NCBI GenBank assembly: GCA_958009085.1
Contig: OY253688.1
Location: 558,001-622,000 of the forward strand
Length of the DNA stretch: 64,000 nt
Direction: 5' to 3'
DNA from: Protoeuglena noctilucae
Lineage: Eukaryota
Part shown: one piece after another, positions 48,227-59,705 of the stretch
Layout of the letters: each line of letters opens with the position of its first letter
How positions within the stretch are numbered: position 1 is the first letter of the stretch
Translations under genes and position numbers: made by a program
The notes under the pieces: model-generated
What the model was told of the DNA's origin: nothing
Seen by the model: the letters and a program-made list of their open reading frames with translations, nothing else
The model's database searches: none

Positions 48227-51200
48227 ATGCAGGCGCAGGCCTCGCCGTGCATGGCAGCGGCGAGAAAGCCCCTCCGGCCGCAGTCGCTGGGGCTGACCGG
48301 GCCCGCTCGGCAGGTGCGATGCGTTTCCGGGATCTCGATGGAATGGCGCGCTCCTCCGTTCGGGTCGCCGGGGCACCGCCTCGCCAGGGCGACCTTTTGC
48401 CTTTGGCCCGAGCGGCCGGGGAGCGCCTGGGCGCCGAGGGCCGCGCCCAGCTGGCCGAGGCTCGTTTCCGATAGCCAAGAAGCGGTCGCGACGTCCGATC
48501 CGTCCCCTGGACCCCCCCGGGCTCCTCCCCTGCTCGGCTTCTATCGGGTCTCGGGGATGGATCAGTCGCCCCGCCCCGGGAGGCCCTCCCCGGGGCCGCC
48601 TCCCGCCCGTTCGTTTACGGTTAGACTCTCGCTTCCGTAGGCCCCACCGGCGCGGCGGGTCGCCCTCGACTCCCGCCCCGTCCCGGTACCTCCCTTGCTC
48701 GCGATAGATTCGCGCCTCGCGCAGCTGCCCGTTTTGCGTGCGTCGCTCCCTGGCTTTGATGCGCTCGGAATGCTCCGGAATGCTCGGTCGGGGCTCTGCC
48801 GGGGAGTCTTGGTCGGGACGCGCTGCGCAGGGGGAGCCGTGCCTGGCCATGTCCCCGCCGGGCCCCACCGGTGCCTCGCCTCCCCGAGTCTTTTGCGCGC
48901 GGTGTTTTATTGCGCTAATTCTCGTCGGTCTGGCGGCGCTGCGAGGGACGGCGACGCCGGGGCGCGCCGGGCTGCAACGAACCACTCGGCCCTTTTTCCA
49001 CGCGCAGGGAGCCACGCGTGGGGAGAGGAGGGGTGCTGGCAAGGCCAAGCATGGATCTCGGAAGGTGCGAGCGAGCTCCCGATGGCTGGGACGCTGCAGG
49101 CGGGCCGCGAGTGCGGGGCGGACGGGTGCCACTTTGGCTGTCCCCTCCGGCGCCTCGGGACGCGATGGCGCCGCCGTAGGGATGATAGCCCATGCGCACA
49201 TTCTTACGGCATCGGATGGTGCCGCCTTTGGCGCGAGCAGCGGCCGGGAGCAGTGGGCCGGGGTCGATTTCGGTTCGCGTTGTCCCCCCAGGTCACGGCG
49301 ATGGTGGCCACGGGCCCCAGGCCCCCGGCGGTCAAGAACGACAACAAGAAGCCCGTGAGCGTGTCGATCGGGGACGGGCCCTCAGGTGACAGGCGGTGCG
49401 GGTGGCTCTCGTGCAGTGCTCTCGCTGCGCGGCGGTGCGGGCTCGTGGGACTCTCCACTTGCGCGTGTCGCCTTTGCTCTCTCGTTTCGCCGGCGCGCAC
49501 GCCGCGCCGTCGCTGGGGAGCCCTCGGGGGTCCACGCGCAGGCATTGCGCCGCGCCCACGCGTTGCTCCCCTCCTCGCGACGCAGGCGGCAGCGGCCTCT
49601 TCACGTCGACGTCGCCCGAGATGCGGAGGGTGCGGGTGGACGCGGGCGAACGCCTCAAGCTCAAGCTTGTGTACGTGGTGCTCGAGGCCCAGTACCAGTC
49701 GGCGCTGGATGAGGCGGTCCGGAACCTGAACGCCAACAACGACCAGGCGCGCCGCCGCTCTCGCGACGCGCGCATTATTATTTACATATCTTTCTCCGCG
49801 TCCCGCGCTCATCGCGCAGCGACGCCCCCGCGCGCGCAGGTGTGCGTGGAGATGGTGGGCTACCTTCTGGAAGAGCTGCGCGATGCGAAGAACCTCGAGC
49901 TCTTCAAGAAGGACATTTCGGACGCCAACATCTTCATCGGATCGCTCATCTTCATCGAGGAGCTCGCCGACAAGATCGTGGAGGTCGTCGGCCCCGCCAG
50001 CGACCGCCTGGACGCCTGCCTCATCTTCCCCTCCATGCCCGCCGTCATGCGGCTCAACAAGCTCGGCTCGTTCTCCATGTCCCAGGCGAGTCGAACGAGC
50101 CGAGCAGAGACCGCAGCGTCGCGCCCACTTGCGCTGCGTCCAGCCCAGCGCAAGCCGCAGCCCTGTGCGCCGCCACCATGCTGCGCACCTGCACCCGCTC
50201 CCCAGCACAGCCCCGCTCCCCTGCACATCGCCTCGGCCCCGGCCGCCTTTTCTACCTCAGCCCTAGCCACCTGCACCCCTCATCCCCCCTCGCCCCTTCG
50301 CTCACGTCACCCGCAGCACCCATGCCCACCTCACCCTACCCACCCGCAGCTGGGCCAGTCCAAGTCGATGATGGCCGAGTTCATGCGCAACGCTCGCAAG
50401 AACAACGACAACTTCGAGGAGGGACTGCTGCAGCTGGTCCGCACGCTGCCCAAGGTGCTCAAGTACCTGCCGGCCGAGAAGGCCCAGGACGCCCGCAACT
50501 TCGTGCTCTCGCTTCAGTACTGGACGGGCGGCGACGCGGGCAACCTGCAGAACATGATCCTCAACGTGGCCAAGGCGTACGTGCCGGCCGCCAAGACGCT
50601 CCCGCTGTCGTTCGACGAGCCCTGGGTGTACCCCGACACGGGCATCTGGCACCCGATGGCGCCAGAGATGTTCGAGGACATCGAGGAGTACCTCAACTGG
50701 TACGACAGGCGCAAGGACGTCTCCATCCCCAAGGACGCGCCTGTGATCGGCCTCGTACTGCAGCGGTCGCACCTGGTGACGGGCGACGACGCGCACTACG
50801 AGGGCGTCGTGATGGCGCTCGAGGCCAAGGGGGCGCGCGTCGTGCCGGTCTTCGCGGGCGGGCTCGACTTCTCCGTGCCGGGTGAGTGGACGAGGGGTGG
50901 GTAGTTGGATGGGGTGGGTGGCGGAGCGGTGGGGTGGTAGTGGGTGAGCGAGCGGGGGTGGGGTGGGGTGCAGCTGCGGGGGTGGGTGAGTGAGCGGTGG
51001 TGTACGGTGGGGCAGCGGCGGTGGGCAGAGCGATGCTGTGTGGATGAGCGGGGGTGTAGGCTGGGGAGCAGAGGTGGTGGGGTGGACCTGCGGGTAGCAG
51101 CGGGGCTGTGGGTTCAGGAGTCAGGCACCCCTCCCACGCACCCTCACCTGTACCCATCACGCCCCTCATTCACACCCTCATTTCTACCCGCGTACCCACC

Positions 51201-54200
51201 TTGGCTCACATGCCGCCCTCAACCCCCTTGACTCTCACATACCGCCCCCACCGCCCAACCCCCCGCAGTGCGCAAGTTCTTCTACGACCCCCTGGGCTCC
51301 GGCCGCCCCCTCGTCGACACCGTCGTGTCGCTGACCGGGTTCGCGCTCGTGGGTGGCCCGGCGCGGCAGGACGCGCCGAAGGCCGTCGAGGCCCTCAAGA
51401 AGCTCGACGTGCCTTACCTCGTGTCGCTGCCCCTCGTCTTCCAGACGACTGAGGAGTGGCAGGGGTCCGAGCTGGGGGTGCACCCGGTCCAGGTGGCCCT
51501 GCAGGTGGCCCTGCCCGAGCTGGACGGGGCGATCGAGCCGGTCGTGTTTGCTGGGCGCGAGTCGCGATCCGGCAAATCCCACGCGCTGCCCGACCGCGTG
51601 GACGCCCTGGTGGACCGGGCGATGAACTGGGCGCGGCTGCGGCGCAAGCAGAACCGGGAGAAGCGCCTGGCCATCACGGTCTTCTCCTTCCCGCCCGACA
51701 AGGGCAACGTCGGGACCGCCGCCTACCTCAACGTGTTCGGCTCCATCTACCGGGTGCTCCAGAGCCTCAAGCGCGAGGGTTACGACGTGGGCAACATCCC
51801 GGCCGACGAGGGCGCGCTGATCCGCAGCGTGCTGAACGCGGACGAGGCGCGCTTCAACAGTGAGGAGCTCAACATCGCTTACCGCATGCCGGTGGACGAG
51901 TACCAGCGCCTGTGCCCCTACGCGGACGCCCTGGAGGAGAACTGGGGCAAGCCGCCGGGCACGCTCAACACGAACGGCCAGGAGCTGCTGGTGTACGGCC
52001 GCCAGTTCGGCAACGTGTTCATCGGCGTGCAGCCGACGTTCGGCTACGAGGGCGATCCCATGCGGCTGCTCTTCTCCAAGTCGGCGTCGCCGCACCACGG
52101 ATTCGCGGCCTACTACACCTACCTGGAGCGCATCTTCAAGGCGGACGCCGTGCTGCACTTCGGCACGCACGGGTCGCTCGAGTTCATGCCTGGCAAGCAG
52201 GTCGGCATGTCCGGGTACTGCTACCCGGATACCCTCATCGGCACCATCCCCAACCTCTACTACTACGCGGCTAACAATCCGTCGGAGGCCACGATTGCCA
52301 AGAGGCGGTCGTACGCGGCAACAATCTCATACCTCACGCCGCCCGCCGAGAACGCGGGGCTGTACAAGGGGCTGAAGGAGCTGAAGGAGCTCAGCTCCAG
52401 CTACCAGGCGAGTGGGTGGGGTGGTGGGGTTATGGTGGTGTGAGGGGTGCAAGTGAGGTGGCAGTGGCGATGACAGTTGATGGCTGGGCTGGGGCTGTGC
52501 AGCACCTTGCTGGTCGGCGTGGGGAATGCGCATGTCACTTTTCAGATGGTGGTAAGCGCTGCGATGGTCTGGTCGACTTGCGCACTTTACACTGCGCTGC
52601 CCATGCCTGCCACTGTACCTGGTCACTTACGGTCACTTACGCCTGCTGACCGATCCCCTGGTCACTGACTGACGTTCATGACACTCCCCCTTCTTCCTCC
52701 GCAGAGCCTCAAGGACTCTGGCCGCGGCCCGGCCATCTGCAACTCCATCATCGCCACGGCCATCGAGTGCAACCTGGACAAGGACGTGAAGCTGCCCGAG
52801 GGGGACGCCAAGGACCTCAGCAGCGACGAGAGTGAGTGGGTTACAGGAGGGGATGCGATGATGGGGGTGTGATTTTGATGGCGAGGAAGCGAGCGGTGTC
52901 GAGTGACGGGGGCTGAGGGTAGCGCAGGGCTGCTTGGCTGTTCACAACTCCGCCCCCGCTCTGCTCCCCCACCATCACTCACCAACCCCACTCACCCCAC
53001 CCTCTCCCCCCAGGGGACCTGGTCATCGGCAACGTGTACCGCAAGCTGATGGAGATTGAGTCCCGCCTCCTCCCCTGCGGCCTGCACGTGGTCGGGGTGC
53101 CACCCACCGCCGAGGAGGCCGTCGCCACCCTCGTCAACATCGCGGAGATCGACCGTCCCGAGAACGACCCCCCGATCAAGGGCCTGCCGGGCATCCTGGC
53201 GCGGGCGGTGGGGCGCAACATCGAGGAGGTCTATGCCAACAGCAACAAGGGCGTGCTGGCCGACGTGCAGCTGCTCCAGGACATCACGGAGGCCGCGCGG
53301 AGCTGCGTGCGGGAGTTCGTCAAGGGCAAGACCGGCCCCGACGGGCGCATCAAGACGGGCGACTTCCTTTCGGCGCTCGGGGCGCTCGCGGGGCTCACGG
53401 TCGACCCCTGGCTCAAGGGTGTGCAGAACACCCCGTTCAAGTCGGCCGATCGAGTCGAGCTCAAGACCCTTTTCACCTACCTCGAGTTCTGCCTGAACCA
53501 GGTGGTCAAGGACAACGAGCTGGGCGCGCTGACGGTCGGCCTGGCGGGGCGGTACGTGGAGCCGGGCCCCGGCGGTGACCCGATCCGCAACCCGGGCGTG
53601 CTCCCGACCGGCAAGAACATCCACGCGCTGGACCCCCAGTCGATCCCCACGTCGGCCGCCTGCAAGTCGGCGGCGGTGGTCGTGGAGCGGCTGCTGGAGC
53701 GCCAGAAGGAGGAGAACGGGGGCAAGTACCCCGAGACCATCGCCCTCGTACTGTGGGGCACGGACAACATCAAGACCTACGGCGAGTCGCTGGCTCAGGT
53801 GCTGTTCATGGTGGGCGTGCGCCCGGTGCCCGACGCCCTGGGCCGGGTCAACAAGCTCGAGGTCATCCCGCTTTCCGAGCTCGGCCGGCCCCGCGTGGAC
53901 GTGGTCGTCAACTGCTCCGGGGTGTTCCGCGACCTGTTCGTCAACCAGATGAACCTGATCGACAGGGCCGTCAAGATGGCGGCGGAGCAGGACGAGCCGC
54001 TTGAGATGAACTTCGGTGAGCGGGGGTGGGGGGTGTTAGCATGGATGGGTGTGTGCGCGTGTGGTGGTTGATGAGAGACTTGAGATGACTTTCGGCACAG
54101 ATGGTGGGGGTGACAGGGAGCATGTGACATGGCGACAGCGTGTGCATACGTGCAAAGCGTGCGCGCCTGCGACAAACTTGCAATTCAACCCTTCACCCAA

Positions 54201-55479
54201 CCACCCAACCACCCCTCCCTCACCCCCAGTCCGCAAGCACGCGCTGGAGCAGGCGGAGGAGCTGGGCTGCACCCTCCGCGAGGCCGCCACGCGCGTCTTC
54301 AGCAACTCGTCGGGTTCGTATTCCTCGAACGTCAACCTGGCCGTCGAGAACTCGAGCTGGTCGGACGAGGGGCAGCTGCAGGAGATGTACCTCAAGTGAG
54401 TGAGAGCAGAGTGGAAGGGATGGCGGTGGATTTGGGTGGTGGCTTATGGGCGTAGATGGAGATGGCGAGCGCAGCGCTGGCCCTGCCACCAGCCCCACCC
54501 GCTGTGCACTGCCATTCGCTCTCACGCTCACTGCCACCCTAGCCACGCACCACCATCCCTCTCGCTGACCCCAGTCACCCCACTCTCCCTCACCCTCTCT
54601 ACCTCCCACCCTCACACCCCCAGGCGCAAGTCCTTCGCCTTCAACTCCGACCGCCCCGGCGCGGGCGGCGAGGAGGCGCGCGCCATCTTCGAGAAGTCGA
54701 TGGCCACCGTCGACGTCACCTTCCAGAACCTCGACTCTTCCGAGATCAGCCTGACTGACGTCAGCCACTATTTCGACTCGGACCCGACCAACCTCGTGCA
54801 GGGGCTGCGGAAGGACGGCAAGAAGCCCGCCTCGTTCATCGCCGACACCACCACGGCCAACGCGCAGGTGAGGGAGTCGGGGTGATTGGGGTGGATCTGT
54901 GTGGGTGGGGTGAGGATGCATGGCGGGGGGAGCTGCGACTGGCGCTGGGCTGGCGTGGTTGAGCTGCGGGATGTGTTGGTGACACTGGGTGGGTGTCGGC
55001 CTGCCTGCATGGCTGACACCACAGCTGATGCACTGCAGTCACCCACTCGCCCAACCTGCCGACCGTCTCACTCTCACTCCACCCCCTCTCTCCCCCTCCC
55101 CCAGGTCCGCTCGCTCTCAGAGACGGTCCGCCTGGACGCTCGCACCAAGCTCCTCAACCCCAAGTGGTACGAGGGCATGCTGTCATCCGGATACGAGGGC
55201 GTGAGGGAGATCCAGAAACGCCTCACCAACACCATGGGCTGGTCCGCCACGTCCGGCCAGGTCGACAACTGGGTCTACGACGAGGCCAACGCGACGTTCA
55301 TCGAGGACCCCGACATGGCCAAGCGACTTATGGAGACGAACCCGAGCTCGTTCCGGAAGCTCGTGGCGACCTTCCTCGAGGCCAACGGTCGGGGCTACTG
55401 GGACGCCTCCGAGGACCAGATCGAGCGCCTCAAGCAGCTCTACATGAACGTGGAGGATAAGATCGAGGGCGTGGAGTGA
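48227..55479 (+). CDS. CHLH: Magnesium chelatase subunit H, multi-exon
   Basis: [100 protein letters not shown] and EDKIEGVE*. The transit-peptide exon 48227-48313 is inferred. Confidence 0.98.
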
Positions 55480-56069
55480 GCGCGCGGGCGATCGGACGCG
55501 CGAGGGAGGGAGCTGCGGCGGGTCAGGCGCTGCGGGCGCTCTCTCGCGCGCCGCGCGCGCCGGCCTGCGCCGGGCGCGCTTAGACGTGGTTTGACTTGTT
55601 TATGTCCCCACATGACGTTGTTTTCGAACGTTTCGGAACGCCGGAGCCCGGTTTGGCCGGAAGGGCCCCACGCAGCGCCGTCCCGCGATTTAAGGACGAA
55701 AAGAAAAGGCACGGTGGTGCACCGGGCGCAGCGGCACGCGGCTGCGGCGCGTACGGCTGCTCGGAACACTTTGCTAATGCGGGCATGGCGCACAGGCAAG
55801 CGCTCGGCATGCAGGGTGCCTGAGGTGTGCCGCACCGCTGACGCGGGGCCTGACAGCACCCCGCGGCCCCTCGCCCAGGGCTCAAAAGCCCGGCCGCCGC
55901 CCCTCCTGCGCCATAACTCGACGCCCGTCGCTCCCTCTGAGGCTCCCATCGGCGAGATCGCGCCCGCTGCCGGTCCCCTCAGCCCTTGCCATCCCCCGCA
56001 GCCTCCAGCTCGGCATCCCCTCGTCCACCGTGCCCTCTTTCGGTCGCATCTTCACTCCCTGCGCCCAAG

Positions 56070-59043
56070 ATGACCACCGTGAGCGCCACCGTCGCCCGTG
56101 CCGGGCTCGCCGGTCTGCTGCTGGCCGCCCTCCCGGGGCTGCTGGGCTCGATCGTCGCCGCTGACGACTGGCAAGACGGGCGTGGTTCGTTCTACGGCAA
56201 CGCCGGCAGCGGGTGGTCGATCCACCGAGGTGCGCGGGCGAGGCGCGGCGGCTTCCCGCCCTCGGCATATGATTGCTCGATCTCGCCAGCTGTCCCTCCT
56301 TGCGGCGCGCGGCACCGCGCCATGGCTTGATTCGATAGATCGGACGCGCAGAGCGGGCTCGCATCGCCCCAGCGCGCTCCGGCGGAGAGTGCGCGCCATC
56401 TGGAGCATGCACCCTGCCGCCCCGCTGCGCGCGCCCCGGGGCGGCTGCAGCCCCGCGAGGCCACGCTAACGCGCTCTCGTATCGTCTCTTTGCGCGCAGG
56501 CTCGTGCGGGTACGGCTACATCCGCGGTGAGCGCGGGGGCCGCAGGGTGGCGCGTTGCCGACAGCACCCTGCCTCCCCCGGCCCGCCTCAGCACCCAGCC
56601 GCCCCCTCCGCCCCCGCAGCGGACCGCGGCACCGGCTGGGACGTCACGGCGCCTTCCGACAAGTTCCCTGGCTTCGCCGGGAGGTGAGTGAAGGGGGTGC
56701 GGTGTGGGCGGGGACGCACGCATGCGAGCGCGCTGTGATGTCTCTGATGTATCACACAGACCCAGTGGTGTTTAACACACGCAGCTGCGGGACGTGCTAC
56801 GAGGTCCGCTGCCGCGACGCCGTCATCCACGACGGCTACGGGTGAGCGACGGTGCTGGTGATGCGTGATGTGTGCTGCGTGCTGAGTCTTGGCATATGCC
56901 CTGTGCTTGACAATTGCGATTGCCAATGCGGTCTCGGGACACACGCTATGCTGAAAGTATACATGCCCGGTGCCCCTGTCATGCAATCCATTTCACTCCC
57001 ATGCACGCACTGTGCTACGCTCTCGAATGCCCCATGCCCCAGCACCTGCCACCCTCCAGCAACCTGCAGCCATCATCATCATGACCATCCCACATTCCAT
57101 CTTCTCACCCCATCCCTCGCTCCCAGTGCCGAGATCAACCGCACCAGCGCCTGCCGCGACCCCGAGGCGAGCGTCGTGGTCACCGTCACCGACTCGTGCC
57201 CCTGCTACTACCCCAGCAACGCCTACAGCAACAAGCGGTGGTGCTGCGGGGACATGCCCCACTTCGACCTCTCGGCGTGGGCGTTCGAGAAACTCGCGGA
57301 CCCCAAGAACGGAGTCATCCCCCTGCAGTACCGGAAGGTGAGGGGGCGGTAGCTGGGGTGAGGGGGGGGTTGGGGGTGGGAGTGAGGGGGGTGACAAGGG
57401 TGGGAGTGGGAGTGGGAGTGAGGGGGGTGACAAGGGTGGCAGTGAGGGTGGCAATGGGGGTGGGAGTGTGGGTGAGGGTGAGGGTGGGGGTGGCAGTGAG
57501 GGTGACAGTGGGGGTGGGAGTGAAAGTGAGAGCGCTGGCAGCCCCGGAAGGTGGGGGGAGGGCGCACACCTTGCTCACGCTCACCCTCACCTGCACCCCA
57601 CATTCTTCCCCACCCCCCCCCCTACCCTCACCACAGGTCGACTGCAGCTACGTCCCCTCCAAGCCTCACCCACTCACTCCCACCCCCACCCTCACCCTCA
57701 CCCCTCTCAGGTCGACTGCAGCTACGTCCCCTCCAAGCCCGCCCCGAAGCCCGCCCACTCGATGCCCGGCGAGCCTTATGACGCCTACCACGACGCCCCC
57801 AAGCCATGCGAGAACCCCCAGTGCTCGAATCAGCCCAAGCCCGGTGACCGTGTCGAGGCGTTTGCGAGGGGCAGTGGGGAGGAGGGCGTGCCTAAGGAGT
57901 GGTCGCAGAAGGGGGGAGACGGGGCGGGGAGTGGTGGGGCGTGGCAGGTGAGGGGGTAGTGATGGTGATTGATAAGGGGATGAGAGGGGCTGGTTGGGCG
58001 GCGGTGTTAGTGGCAGGGCGAGGGGGTGGCGCGTTGCTGGTGTGAGTTAAGGGTGTGGCCATAACAGAACCATCGACTCTCATTTCACAAACTCACTTTA
58101 CTACCAACTCACCCCTTCTCATCCACTCTCCCCCCGCAGCCGAGCGTCAAGAGCGGCACGCAGTGGAGCGAGGGCGGCCAGACCTGCGCCGACCTCCAGC
58201 CCCACAGCGCCGGCACGCTCACCTTCCAAGCCCCATCCGCCGACACCATCGCGTCCGGATCCAAGCTGCACTTCTGCGCCAAGTATGAGACTGCAAACGC
58301 CAAGCCGTCGGTCGGCATTGCGGGTGCCAAGGCGGCGACAGGTCTCGTCAAGGTGGACGGGCTAAAGGGTGCGGGGCAGCAGGACGGGACGTGCTATGAT
58401 GTCGGTGAGTGGGAGAGAGTGTGTGTGTCTGGGGTTCTGTATTAAAAGGGCAAGGGTTGGCAGGACGGGACATGCTATGGCGTCGGTGAGATGGGGTGCG
58501 GTTGTTGCTGTGTAGATGGGGCGGCAGAGCACTTCATACCAGTCATACGCACATCACCATTTGACATGACTAATGATACTTTACAGTAGTAACACTCCCC
58601 CTTTTCTCTGCAGACATGGACGGGCAGCTCGCGAGCCTCCAGGGCAGCCCCAAGGTCTCTGACAAGGCCTACGACAGAATCGTGTTCCAGTGCCAGGGGT
58701 GAGTGGATGGGGAGAGAGGGGTAGCAGTGTGCATAAAAGAGGAGGTGGTGGAGTGGGTGAATGGCTATTGTAGAAGTTGTGTTTTAGTGCCAGGGGTGAG
58801 TGGATGAGGAGAGGGGGGTAGTGTGGATAAGAGAGGCAGTTAAAGTGGGTGGGGGGTGGAGTGAGTGGGGGTTGTGGAGTAGGTTTGTGGCATGGAGAGA
58901 GTCGTTACTGCTTCTAATTTAATCAGCTATTTTAGTACATATTTCTATATTTACTTTACTTTCATATCCATATCCCTCCACTCCATCCCCGCAGTGACCA
59001 GGACTGCAAGTTCTGCGTGGGCGGCATCAGCATCGCCAAGTAA
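56070..59043 (+). CDS. Secreted expansin-like (DPBB/GH45-like) protein, multi-exon
   Basis: Signal peptide; GRGSFYG, GSCGYG, SCGTCYEVRC, VVVTVTDSCPC and WCCGDMPHFDLSAWAFEKLA..GVIPLQYRKVDC. Confidence 0.9.
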
Positions 59044-59705
59044 AGGTCTTCAGCCCAGACCCGAGTCAGGGGGGGTCGTGCTGTGAGCGACGCTGCGAGA
59101 GCGAGACACGTGCTTCGTGCTGCGATAGCGGCGTGCGACCCTGCTACAAAGAGAGTCTGTTGTTGTCGGTACTTAAGTACTAACCCTAGTACTACTGAGG
59201 GTATCGTCAACTGGGCCTTCCAACAACTTGCACCTAGTTCCAACAACTTGCACCCCTCGCTTCGTATTATGCTTTGTAGTGTCTAATGCGGATAGCCTTA
59301 GGCTTCTTAAGCTTAGAGCGCTTTGTTAAAACTGAGCCACAGCACGTATGCCGAAGCCTTAGCGATCGCCTTCAACGCACGGCCGGCCCTACGCAGCCCA
59401 CACAGCCTAACACCAAACGACATGTGACACGATAACAAACAGTGAATGACGACACGAATGGCGCAAACGGCCCCTGCTCTGTCTTGATCTGCTCGCTGGG
59501 CTCAGGGCTTACGACGTCACAGCCGCATGCCATCCCATGCACAGCACTCTGGCAAAGCGCTCTGGCAGAGCCACGGCGACCGCTTAAGGACGACGACTGA
59601 TGATGACCGGTAATCAAAAGCCGCGAAGTGACACCTGAGCTTTCGTCACCCACAGCTCAACCCCACTGCACCCCCACCCCCCCACCCCCCCACATCCCCA
59701 CCCCC

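Noticed and set aside
15667..55479. TSPO and CHLH as a tetrapyrrole gene cluster
   Set aside because: More than 30 kb apart with many unrelated genes between them.
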